In this document: positions 9,498 to 19,042 of the stretch, one piece after another
Layout: each line of letters begins with the position of its first letter
How positions within the stretch are numbered: the stretch's first letter is position 1
Source: an uncultured Gemmatimonadales bacterium
GTDB taxonomy: Bacteria; Gemmatimonadota; Gemmatimonadetes; Longimicrobiales; RSA9
Length of the DNA: 64,000 bases
Direction: 5' to 3'
Assembly (NCBI GenBank): GCA_963798085.1
Contig: CAWCRS010000004.1
Coordinates: 66,238-130,237, forward strand
Position numbers and translations under genes: made by a program
The notes under the pieces: generated by a model
Seen by the model: only the letters and a program-made list of their open reading frames with translations
Told to the model about the DNA's origin: nothing
Databases searched by the model: none

Positions 9498-11570
9498 ATG
9501 GTCCGGTACACACAGGCCAACCGTCCCTTGCGCGTCGCGTCGGTCCTGGAAGACGACGTGCTGCTGCTCGCCGGGCTGCGCGGCGAGGAGACCGTATCCT
9601 CGCCGTTCGCGTTTCAGCTCGACCTGCTGTCGGAAGACCCCGAGCTGGAAGCCGCCAAGCTGCTGCGCACGACCATGACCGTATCCGTGTCGCTGCGCGA
9701 TGGCAGCGCGCGCACGATCCACGGCCTGGTGAACCGGTTCGTCCGCCTCGGGCAGGCGGAGGACCTGACGGAGTACCGCGCGATCCTGGTGCCCTGGTTC
9801 TGGTTCCTGTCGCTGTCACGCGAGTCGCGCATCTATCAGAACCTCACGGTCCGCGAGATCATCGAGGAAGTGTTCGCCGCGCGCGACTTCACCGACTTCG
9901 AGTGGCGCCTGGTGCACGACTACTCGCCCCGGGAATACTGCGTGCAGTACCGCGAATCGCATCTCGCGTTCGTTTCGCGGCTGCTCGAGGAGGAAGGCAT
10001 TTTCTACTTCTTCGAGCACAGCGCTGATCGGCACGTCCTCGTGCTGGCCGACCACAACAGCGCCATGACCGGCTGCCCGGGGCAGGCGTACGCGCGCTTC
10101 CACGCGCAGGAGGCGCCCGACGAGGATGTCGTGCGTGCCATCGAGGAAGAGAATTCGGTGTACGTGGGGACGGTCACGCTGCGCGACTACAACTACCTGC
10201 GCCCGCTGCTCAATCTCGAGGCATCGCTGTCCGGCAGTGGTGTCGAGGAAGTGTACGACTATCCCGGGCGCTACGGCGAGCTGGCGGATGGCGAGCGCTA
10301 CGCGCGCATCGAGCTGGAGACCGAGGAGGCGCTGCGCCAGGTCCTGCACGGCCACGGCAGCTGCCGCGCTTTCGGCGCCGGGTACAGCTTCAAGCTGACC
10401 GATCATTTCCGGCGCGATCTCAATGGCGAGTTCCTGCTGCTGCGCGTGCGGCACGAGGCGCGTGTGGGCGACTACCGCGGGCAGGCCGGCGACACCGTTG
10501 ACTACTCGAACGACTTTCTCGCGATCCCTTCGGCAACGCCCTATCACGCGGAGCGACGCACCCGCCGGCCCCTGATTCACGGGACGCAGACCGCGCTCGT
10601 GGTGGGGCCGCCGGGCGAAGAGGTCTGGGTCGACCAGCACTGCCGCATCAAGGTGCAGTTCTACTGGGACCGGCTGGGCAAGAAGGACGAGTCCAGCTCC
10701 TGCTGGGTGCGCGTCGCCTCGCCCTGGGCGGGCAAGGGCTATGGCAACATCACCATCCCGCGCATTGGTAATGAAGTGGTAGTGCAGTTCCTCGAGGGTG
10801 ATCCCGATCGCCCGCTGGTCGTAGCCAGCGTCTACAACGGCGACCAGACACCACCCTTCCCGCTGCCCTCATCGGACATCCAGCAGGGCATGCTGTCACG
10901 CAGCTCGCCGGGCGGCGGTGGCGCCAACCAGATCACGGTCACGGACACGGCGGGCAGCGAGCTGCTGACGCTGCACGCGCAGCACGACATGGGCGTGAGC
11001 GTGAATCACGACCAGAGCACGGGTGTGAACCACAACCGCTCCGTTTCCGTGCAGGTCAACGACTCGGAATCCGTGGGCGGGAATCAGAGTGTGACTGTGG
11101 GCGGCAACCGCAGCCTGAGCGTGACCGGCAATCAGTCGCTGGACGTCTCCGGCAACCAGTCGGTGCACGTCACCGGCAACCGCAACGTCTCGGTGGACGC
11201 GGACGAATCCGTGCAGGTGGCCGGCAATCAGGGCTTCAGCGTGAGCGGCGACCGCCAGGGCAGCGTCAGCGGTAACAACCTGTTACAGGTAAGCAGCAGC
11301 ATGGGCGTGGACGTAAGCGCCAACCTCGAGTCGCACGCGAATCAGATTGCGCAGCAGAGCGATGCCGCCATGGTGCTCAACGCGGGCAGCAACCTGGACC
11401 TGAAGGGCGCATCCAAGGTCACGGTCGCGTCCAATGGCAGCGTCGAGGTGAACGCGCCCAAGATCCTGCTGACGGGAACGGGCGAGGTGACGCTGGCGGT
11501 GGGCGGCAATTCGGTGAAGGTCGACGCCTCGGGCGTCACGCTGTTCGGGGTCACGGTCAAGATCAACTGA
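9498..11570 (+). CDS. vgrG: VgrG/TssI spike protein 1
   Basis: YCVQYRES..FVSRLLEEEGIFYFF, G.QTA.VVG, SSCWVRV, IPRIG.EV.V.FLEGDPDRP; long beta-helical V.GN.S repeats at the C-terminus. Confidence 0.96.
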   Translation: MVRYTQANRPLRVASVLEDDVLLLAGLRGEETVSSPFAFQLDLLSEDPELEAAKLLRTTMTVSVSLRDGSARTIHGLVNRFVRLGQAEDLTEYRAILVPWFWFLSLSRESRIYQNLTVREIIEEVFAARDFTDFEWRLVHDYSPREYCVQYRESHLAFVSRLLEEEGIFYFFEHSADRHVLVLADHNSAMTGCPGQAYARFHAQEAPDEDVVRAIEEENSVYVGTVTLRDYNYLRPLLNLEASLSGSGVEEVYDYPGRYGELADGERYARIELETEEALRQVLHGHGSCRAFGAGYSFKLTDHFRRDLNGEFLLLRVRHEARVGDYRGQAGDTVDYSNDFLAIPSATPYHAERRTRRPLIHGTQTALVVGPPGEEVWVDQHCRIKVQFYWDRLGKKDESSSCWVRVASPWAGKGYGNITIPRIGNEVVVQFLEGDPDRPLVVASVYNGDQTPPFPLPSSDIQQGMLSRSSPGGGGANQITVTDTAGSELLTLHAQHDMGVSVNHDQSTGVNHNRSVSVQVNDSESVGGNQSVTVGGNRSLSVTGNQSLDVSGNQSVHVTGNRNVSVDADESVQVAGNQGFSVSGDRQGSVSGNNLLQVSSSMGVDVSANLESHANQIAQQSDAAMVLNAGSNLDLKGASKVTVASNGSVEVNAPKILLTGTGEVTLAVGGNSVKVDASGVTLFGVTVKIN

Positions 11571-11586
11571 TCGACGGTCCACTGGC

Positions 11587-12792
11587 ATGTCGCTGAGCGC
11601 TCCCTTCGAGGCGAGGATCGAAGCGATCCGCAGGTTCCTGGACGCACCGGACACGCGTGTCCTGGTGGTGCGTCACGATCCCGATGACCGGCTCATTCTG
11701 CTGCGCATGCTGAGCGGCTTCATCGCGGCCGAAGGCAATCCCCACATCGTCGCCTGCAGCACCGCGCCGTTCCGGGGATACGAGCAATTCTACGGCGATG
11801 TGCTGCAGCAGCTGGCCGGTGAAAACGAAGCCGCGCGCGCGGAACTGGCCACGCTGGGTGTTGCGCTGTCGGCGGCGCCGCAGCTGCCGCGGGGCGAGGA
11901 GCAGAAGCCGGAGGCGCAGGCCGCGGCGTTGGGTGGCTACGTCTCGGCGGTGGCAGCCGTGTTCCCCGACCGGATCGGCAGTTATGCGGTGCTGCTCGAG
12001 CCGGAAGCGATCGTGCACGAGGGCGGCTTTGCCTGGGCGGTGGAAGCGCTGGCCGCGAGCACGCGCGGCTGGGCGAAGTACATCGTGCTGGATCGACGCG
12101 AGAATCCCATGCTGGCGGAATTCTGCGCACGCTCAGCACTGGCCAGTGTGCTGGAATTCCGCGTGTCGCCGGAAGAGATCGAAGCACAGGTCGCGAAAGA
12201 CCTGGCCAGCGCGAGCACGCCGCCGGAGGAGCGTCGCAAGCTGCTGATGCTGGCGGGCGCGTTTGCCACGTCGGCGCGCCGCCCCACCGCGGCGGAGGGC
12301 TACCTGCACCAGGCGCTGCGTGACGCGCGCGCGGGCGGCGCCACCGGAGACGAAGCCAACATTCTGTACAACCTGGGCAATCTCTACCTCGAGCAGCGCC
12401 ACCCGGACGCCGCGCTCGATGCCTATCTGCAGGCAGTGACCCTGTGCCTGGACACGCACACGGATGCCCTGGCGGCGCTGGTGCTCACTAACATGGGTGT
12501 TTGTCTGGCCCGTCTGCGGCGGACGGACGAGGCACTGCGCAGCTTCAGCACGGCGTACCGCACGTTTGCGGCGCTGAACAATCTGCCGGGTCAGGCGCAC
12601 GTACTGGACAGCACAGCGAGAGTGCTGAACCAGGCGGGTCGCACGGAGGAGGCGAAGAACAGCTGGCAGCAGGCGATCGGCCTGTACGAGCGCATCCGCG
12701 CACCGGCACTGCGTGATGTGCGCGAGGCCGGTGTGCGCGACATTCGCACGCGTCTCGAGCAGCTGCGCGGCGACGCGCACGCACTGGTGTAG
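11587..12792 (+). CDS. TPR-repeat protein, candidate T6SS adaptor/chaperone
   Basis: C-terminal TPR repeats (EANILYNLGNLY, ALVLTNMGVCL, QAHVLDSTARVL); located between vgrG1 and a PAAR effector gene. Confidence 0.75.
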   Translation: MSLSAPFEARIEAIRRFLDAPDTRVLVVRHDPDDRLILLRMLSGFIAAEGNPHIVACSTAPFRGYEQFYGDVLQQLAGENEAARAELATLGVALSAAPQLPRGEEQKPEAQAAALGGYVSAVAAVFPDRIGSYAVLLEPEAIVHEGGFAWAVEALAASTRGWAKYIVLDRRENPMLAEFCARSALASVLEFRVSPEEIEAQVAKDLASASTPPEERRKLLMLAGAFATSARRPTAAEGYLHQALRDARAGGATGDEANILYNLGNLYLEQRHPDAALDAYLQAVTLCLDTHTDALAALVLTNMGVCLARLRRTDEALRSFSTAYRTFAALNNLPGQAHVLDSTARVLNQAGRTEEAKNSWQQAIGLYERIRAPALRDVREAGVRDIRTRLEQLRGDAHALV

Positions 12793-12803
12793 CGGGCGCG
12801 CCG

Positions 12804-14400
12804 ATGGGCAATCCTTCCGAGGTGGCGGCGGCTCTGGTTCGCGCGTCGACGAACGCGGCATCGCTCGAGAATGCGCAGCAGGAGCGCGCGCGGTCGCAGG
12901 GCGGCGGGCCTGCGGCGCCCAGCGCGTTCGATGTGTGGACGCACACGGGAGAGGGCATCGCACAGCGCGCACGCGAAGGCGGCGACGCCATGCACGAAGG
13001 CGAGAGCGCCGCCGGAATGAGCCGCTCCAATGCCGCCGTGCGCGCGGGCCTGCACAGCCACTGGGCACACGCGTCGCTGGATACGGCGACGGACGGGCTG
13101 GTCACGCAGTCACGGCAGGCGTGGTCGCAATTCCAGGTGCTCACGGGCATGGAAGCGCCGCCGGCCGGCGAAGAGGCGCCGCAGGGCGTCATCGGCACCG
13201 CCGCCGCGGCCATGAGCACGCTGATCAGCCTGGAGCAGCTGATCTCCGCGCCCATGAGCCTCATCCCGTTCCCCGCATTGCCGGCGATCCGCGTGCTGGA
13301 CTTCAATGTCGGGTTGCCCCACGCGCACAACCATCCGCCCAACCTGGTGCCACCTGCGCCGCCCGTGCCCCTGCCGAGCACGGGGCCGATCATTCCGATT
13401 CCGTTCCTGTCGGGCGCGAGTCGTACGCTGATCAACGGTATGCCGGCCGCGCGCTGCGGCGACATGGGGCTGGGCATCTGGTGTGGCGGTTATTTCCCCA
13501 TGTACGAGGTGCTGACGGGCTCCTCGAACGTGTGGATCGAGGGCGCGCGCGCGGGACGGGTAATGGTGGACATCACGAAGCACTGCGTGTTCACCTCGCC
13601 CAAGCCGAGCGACCCGCCCATCGGGCCCATGATCGGCATGACCATCTCGTCCAGCGCGAACGTTCTGATCGGCGGCTTCCCGAATGCCGTCGCTGCTCGG
13701 CCTGGCGATGGGCGCGGCCATCCGCGGTCTGTTCGCGGGCGCGGCGAAGGCGATCCGCGCGCTGCGCGCGCTGCTCAGCGCGAGTCGCATACCGCGCATG
13801 TTCGCGCCGTTCAGCCGACTCGCGAGCAGCGGCGCGATCCGCTCGGCCATGCGCACGATTGGCGATGGTTTCGATCTGCTGCGGGGCCGGCCGTACGCAC
13901 ATTTTCCGCCGGCGAGCAGCGAACTCGTCGAGGAAGCACTGTTCCGCTGCACGCGTGCGGGTCATCGCATGCCGATCGCGAGCATCACGGCGGGCGAGCT
14001 GGCGGAACTGACGCGGCGCACGAACGGCGAATGGGCCGTAGTTGCCGAGCGCGGGCAACTGCGTCTCGTGCGGGGCGCGGCGGATCACGTGCCGGTGCGC
14101 GAATCCGAGCACGTGCTGGTGCACACGCACCCGGACAACTACGGCGCCTACGACACCGCGGTAAGCGAAGGCAATGTGGGCAACGCCGCCGGCCAGGGTC
14201 GTGAGGGGTGGGATCATCCGCAGGCCGTGGTCGACCGGGATGGCAACGTGCACGCTTTCGATTCCGCCGGCGTAGTCGAGAAGCCGGGCATGAGCCCGAT
14301 TCATCCGGATGGCAACATCGACGGTATGTATTCGCATCCGGGAGGTGCACCAATGCGCGCCGTGCCTCCCGCAATGGAACGAGGCGGGGGCGGTTCATGA
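12804..14400 (+). CDS. PAAR-domain effector with hydrophobic helices and C-terminal JAB/MPN-like (HxH) domain; +1 frameshift near 13683
   Basis: ORF 12804 has INGMPAARCGD and GSSNVWIEGARAGR PAAR motifs up to IGGFP; ORF 13684-14400 continues MPSLLGLAMGAA...EWAVV...HTHP. One extra A in CCGAATG joins them. Confidence 0.75.
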
Positions 14401-15177
14401 TCTTTGTCTCCGGTGTGACCACGTGTCCGTTCTGCGGGCGCGTGATGTACGAGATCGATGACCTGATCGCGTTGCAGCCGTGGCCGGGTACGAGCGCACT
14501 GCCCGGCTTCCAGTCCGTGGTGGCGCATTACGACGATTTCCTGCGCAGTCCGATTCGCAATGGCTACCTGGACGCCGCTGCGAAGGCGCAGGCAGCGCAG
14601 CTGGCGCGCGCCAGCGACGCGTACCAGTCACGCATCAGCCTCGACTCGGACTTCGGGCTGATCTGGCTGCCGTTCGCGAAGGAGCTCCGGCTGCACTATG
14701 TGCGCTGGAGCCGCCAGGCGACGTTTCGCTCGCTGGCTGCGTGGCGCTCGTTTCTGGGTGCGCTGCTGGGCATCGATCCGGGCCCGCCACTGCCGCCGGA
14801 ACCGGTCGCCGTGATCGAGCACGGCGTCAATGTGGTCATCCACCACTTCCGCGAGGTGCCGGTCATCCTCACACTTCCGCAGGCCCTCGCGCTGCGGCTC
14901 GCGCAACTGCTGGAACTGGATGGCGGCGCGCCGGATCGCGTGCTGGATTTCGGCGCCGCCGCCGCGCGCGTGGGCGCGAGGGCGGAATGCGGCCAATGCG
15001 CCGTTCGAGCGGCTGCGCGGCAGACTGGAACAGCGCGAAACACTGTCCGACGGCAGGGTCGAGTTCACGGTGGCGGTGAAAGCAGAGAATCGCGTCGAGC
15101 TGACGGGCAGCCAGTTCGAGCGGCTCAAGCGCTTCTGCAGCAATGCGGACGCGCGCGTGCGCGAGCTGGCGTGGTGA
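14397..15177 (+). CDS. Putative immunity protein with N-terminal CxxC; probable +1 frameshift near 14985
   Basis: ATGA overlap with the effector stop; MIFVSGVTTCPFCG...; protein-like sequence continues in frame 14830-15177 (NAPFERLRGRLE...). Confidence 0.5.
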
Positions 15178-15267
15178 TGGGCGGCATTGTGTGCTGCCTT
15201 GCGCGTGGATGTCTGCAGCGCGAGCTGCCGGATGACGGGGTCATACTGACCAGGGAGGCATGACGGC

Positions 15268-17277
15268 ATGGCCATATACACACAGGCGAACCGGCCAATG
15301 CGTGTGGACACGGTGCTGGGCAGCGATGTCCTGCTGCTCGAAGGATTCCAGGGCACAGAATCGGTTTCCGAGCCGTTCGCGTTCCGGCTGGACCTGCTCT
15401 CCGAGACGGAGGACCTCGATCCGCTCGAGGTGCTGCGCAAGCCCATGCAGATCACGCTGCAGCTGCACAACGGCGGACCGCGTGTGATCCATGGGCTGGT
15501 GCGGCGCTTCGCGCAATTGGGGCAGGAGCGGCACCTGACACACTACCGTGCGGAACTCGTGCCCTGGCTCTCCTTTCTGGCGCTGTCGCGCGACTCCCGC
15601 ATCTACCAGAGGCTCACGGTACCGGAAATCATCGAGCAGGTGTTCCGCGCGCTGGGCTACAGCGACTTCGAGTTCCGCACGCAGCAGAGCTACCCGAAGC
15701 GCGAGTATTGCGTGCAGTACCGGGAGACGCATCTGGACTTCGTTTCCCGGCTCATGGAGGAGGAGGGACTGTTCTATTTCTTCGAGCACACGCCCGACCG
15801 CCATCTGCTTGTGGTAGGCGACAGTAACATCGTGTTCGACCCGTGTCCGGGCCAGAGCCGTCTGCGTTTTCATCCGCAGGCGCCGCCTGATGACAATGTG
15901 GTGCGCTCGTTCGAGCAGGAGATGGCCGCGTGGGTGGGTCGGGTGACGTTGCGCGCCTACGACTTCACGCACCCCGCGCTCGACCTGGAGAGTTCAACGG
16001 CCGGTTCCGGCGTCGAGGAGGTGTACGACTATCCCGGCAAGTACGTGACGCTGAGCGATGGGGACCGGCTCGCCCGGCTGCGGCTGGAGGCCGAGGAAGT
16101 GACGCGCCGGCTGCTGCGCGGCGGTGGCAGTGCGCGCGCGCTCGTGAGCGGCGCGCGGTTCGAGCTGGACGAGCACTATCGCACTTCGATGAACGCGGAA
16201 TACATCCTGCTGCGGGTGCAGCATCGCGCGGCCATGGGCGGGTACCGCGGGCAGGATTCTAACAGCGAGTTGGACTACCAGAACGAATTCCTGGCCCTGC
16301 CCGCGGATACGACCTACCGAACCGCCCGCCGCACGCCTCGCCCGCTCATCCACGGCACACAGACCGCGCTGGTGGTGGGCCCCGCAGGCGAAGAGATCCA
16401 CACGGACAAGTACGGCCGCGTCAAGGTGCAGTTCTACTGGGATCGCGTGGGCCACAGGAACGAGGACAGCTCCTGCTGGGTGCGCGTGGGCACGCCGTGG
16501 GCCGGCAAGGGCTACGGCAACATCACGATTCCGCGCATTGGCAATGAAGTCATCGTGCAGTTCCTGGAGGGTGACCCGGACCAGCCGCTTATCATGGGCG
16601 CCGTGTTCAACGCGGACCAGGCGGTGCCTTTCGATCTGCCGGGTTCCGGCATACAGCAGGGGATCAAGTCGCGCAGCTCGCCGGGCGGTGGGGGCAACAA
16701 CGAGATCTCGGTGACGGATACGAAGGGCAGCGAACTGATGAACATTCACGCCGCGTTCGACCAGACGGAATCGGTGGGTCATGATCAGAGCAGCACGGTG
16801 GGCAACAACCGGTCGTCCACGGTAGCGGTCAATGATTCAGAGACCATCGGTTCCAAACAGACCATCGCAGTGGGCTCGGATCAGGGAATCAGCGTGGGTG
16901 GCAACCAGCACGTCACGGTGGGCGGGGATCGCGCAGTGTCGGTGGCCGGCAACGACTCGCTGGCGGTCGGTGCCGCGCGCCAGGTCGCCTCGGGCGGCGA
17001 CATGAGCCTGCACGCCGGCGGCGATTTCTCGGCATCCGCTGCGGGCAAGGTGAGCACGTCGAGCGGCGCCGCCACGAATCTCACCGTGGGCGCGGCGTTC
17101 AAGGCCACCGTTGCCGCCACGGCGGACATCTCGGCGGGCGGTGCCGTCACCATTTCGGGTTCCAAGATCACACTGAGCGCGGGCGGCTCGAGTATCGAGA
17201 TCGGCCCTGCCGGCGTCACATTGACGACGGGCGGCCCCATAACGCTCAAGGGCGCCATCATCAAGGACAACTGCTGA
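15268..17277 (+). CDS. vgrG: VgrG/TssI spike protein 2
   Basis: Same VgrG motifs as vgrG1; distinct Gly/Ala/Ser-rich C-terminal spike ending IIKDNC. Confidence 0.96.
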   Translation: MAIYTQANRPMRVDTVLGSDVLLLEGFQGTESVSEPFAFRLDLLSETEDLDPLEVLRKPMQITLQLHNGGPRVIHGLVRRFAQLGQERHLTHYRAELVPWLSFLALSRDSRIYQRLTVPEIIEQVFRALGYSDFEFRTQQSYPKREYCVQYRETHLDFVSRLMEEEGLFYFFEHTPDRHLLVVGDSNIVFDPCPGQSRLRFHPQAPPDDNVVRSFEQEMAAWVGRVTLRAYDFTHPALDLESSTAGSGVEEVYDYPGKYVTLSDGDRLARLRLEAEEVTRRLLRGGGSARALVSGARFELDEHYRTSMNAEYILLRVQHRAAMGGYRGQDSNSELDYQNEFLALPADTTYRTARRTPRPLIHGTQTALVVGPAGEEIHTDKYGRVKVQFYWDRVGHRNEDSSCWVRVGTPWAGKGYGNITIPRIGNEVIVQFLEGDPDQPLIMGAVFNADQAVPFDLPGSGIQQGIKSRSSPGGGGNNEISVTDTKGSELMNIHAAFDQTESVGHDQSSTVGNNRSSTVAVNDSETIGSKQTIAVGSDQGISVGGNQHVTVGGDRAVSVAGNDSLAVGAARQVASGGDMSLHAGGDFSASAAGKVSTSSGAATNLTVGAAFKATVAATADISAGGAVTISGSKITLSAGGSSIEIGPAGVTLTTGGPITLKGAIIKDNC

Positions 17278-17335
17278 GGCGGCCGCCGGCAGTTCTGAGG
17301 CTCACATGCAGCAGCGGAAGCGGAGAGAGTGCAGA

Positions 17336-17716
17336 ATGGAAAGCGTCGCATTGATCGCGCAGCAACAGCTCGTTATCGAGCGCGGCGAGCGCGAGGACAC
17401 ACTGCAGCTGTTCCAGGGCAACGGCCGGCTCACACTCACCGTGCGCATCACGGCGGACGGCCCCGTCCTCGAAGTGGCAGGCGGGAGTGTGGCCATTCGC
17501 GCCAGCGGCGCGCTGTCGATCAATGCGCAGCGCGTTGCCATCCGGGCGCGGGATGGCTTCGATCTCGAGAGCGGCGGGGACGCGCGCATCACGGCCGGTG
17601 GAACGCTCGAGATCGCAGCGGAACGGCAGCAGGTGACGGCGCGCTCGGGTGATGTGCGCGTGCGCGCCAACAATGACGTCCTGCTGGATGGCGAACGCAT
17701 CCGCATGAACTGCTGA
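17336..17716 (+). CDS. Small beta-strand-repeat protein resembling a stand-alone VgrG/gp5 spike tip
   Basis: Periodic beta strands (VAIRASGALSINAQRVAIRA...DVRVRANNDVLLDGERIRMNC) ending like VgrG C-termini; start 17306 or 17336. Confidence 0.55.
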   Translation: MESVALIAQQQLVIERGEREDTLQLFQGNGRLTLTVRITADGPVLEVAGGSVAIRASGALSINAQRVAIRARDGFDLESGGDARITAGGTLEIAAERQQVTARSGDVRVRANNDVLLDGERIRMNC

Positions 17717-17723
17717 GGCCGGC

Positions 17724-18059
17724 ATGATCGAGAGCGCGCGTGACGTGATGGTGGCGATCGCCCTGGATCTTCGGCTCGGGCAGCTGCGCGAGCGGCAGAT
17801 GGAACTGCTGGAGGCGGGCGAGCGCCTGCCCGTCGACTTCTGGGTGGCCGGACAGCGCGCCATCCGGGATGCGTTGCTCGCGCGCTTCTATCACGAGGAG
17901 CTGCGCGTGGCGCTGTCAGGCGAGGGCGAGCGGGGCCGCAGTGATGAGGAGGCGTTCGACGCACGCGAGTCCAGACTTGCCGAGTACGCGATCCTGCTCA
18001 CCCACCGGCGTCTGGTCGACATGCCCTGCGTGGGCGATCCCGCCGTGCGCGACGACTGA
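17724..18059 (+). CDS. Hypothetical helical protein in the vgrG2 module
   Basis: 111 aa, GAGG RBS, TGATG coupling to the next gene. Confidence 0.6.
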   Translation: MIESARDVMVAIALDLRLGQLRERQMELLEAGERLPVDFWVAGQRAIRDALLARFYHEELRVALSGEGERGRSDEEAFDARESRLAEYAILLTHRRLVDMPCVGDPAVRDD

Positions 18060-19042
18060 TGGAATTCACCAACGACACGACGCTGCCCGCAGCGCTGGCG
18101 CGCGGCTCGACGAGCGAGCGGGAAATGGTGGGCGTCGCGGCCATGAAGGTCACGTGTCGCGTCGAGGAAGGGCGTCTCGTGCGCTGTGCCGATGCCAATG
18201 CCTGGCCCGTTTTCGAAACGCCCTTCGCGTTCGGCGGCGTGACGCTGGGCCCGGACGTGGATTTCCGGAAACGCGCCACGGATCTCATCGTGTTCGGCTC
18301 GGCGTTCGCGCCCGGCGGTGAGCCGGTGACACGGATGCAGCTCGGCATCTATTGCGGCGCGATACGTTTCGAGCTCGACGTCTTCGGCGACCGCTACTGG
18401 CAGAAGCGAGGCCGCAAGGTGCTGATGACCGACGCCGAGCCGTTCACGACGATGCCGCTGACGAATGATCGTGCGTACGGCGGCGTCGGCTACCACGATG
18501 GGCTGCCCGTGCCGCATTCCGTGAACCCGCGCGGCCGCGGCTTCTGCATGACGGCGGACGACACACACGACAAGCCGCTGCCGAATCTGGAGCGACCGGA
18601 GTCACCGATCGCGAGCTGGGAGGATCGGCCGTCGCCGGCGTGCCTTTTCCGCACGCAGGCGCCCTTCATCGATGCCGCTCTGCTGGAGCGGCCGCCACTG
18701 GAGATCGCAGCACAGCTGATGGAGAGTGCGGGACAGGACGCGGTGCCCGAGCTGGTCGCGCAACCCGGACAGCTGGGCGAACAGCTGACCCTGCGGGGAT
18801 TCCATCCGGACGGCGATCTGACGCTGCCGCTGCCACCCTACAGCGGGCCCGTGCTGACCGTGTCGGTGGGTGCATCGCGCAGCCGATTCCCCACCACGAT
18901 CGGCGCCGTGATCGTGCTGGTCGAGGACCCGGTGGTGATCATCACGTATCGGTGCGCGTTCCGTTACCTGTTCCGGCCCGGCGAGCAGCGCTGGGCGCGA
19001 CTGGCCTGGCCCAGCCGTTCGGCGGCTGCGGCCAGCGCGTGA
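18059..19042 (+). CDS. DUF2169 family T6SS adaptor (pair 1, first)
   Basis: K.ATDLIVFGSAFAPGG, VFGDRYW, EPF..MPL..DRAYGG, NPRGRGF, LPNLE.P. Confidence 0.85.
   Translation: MEFTNDTTLPAALARGSTSEREMVGVAAMKVTCRVEEGRLVRCADANAWPVFETPFAFGGVTLGPDVDFRKRATDLIVFGSAFAPGGEPVTRMQLGIYCGAIRFELDVFGDRYWQKRGRKVLMTDAEPFTTMPLTNDRAYGGVGYHDGLPVPHSVNPRGRGFCMTADDTHDKPLPNLERPESPIASWEDRPSPACLFRTQAPFIDAALLERPPLEIAAQLMESAGQDAVPELVAQPGQLGEQLTLRGFHPDGDLTLPLPPYSGPVLTVSVGASRSRFPTTIGAVIVLVEDPVVIITYRCAFRYLFRPGEQRWARLAWPSRSAAAASA

Noticed and set aside
18640..19038. N-terminal extension of the second DUF2169
   Set aside because: Overlaps the upstream DUF2169 in another frame; GTGA coupling gives a better start.
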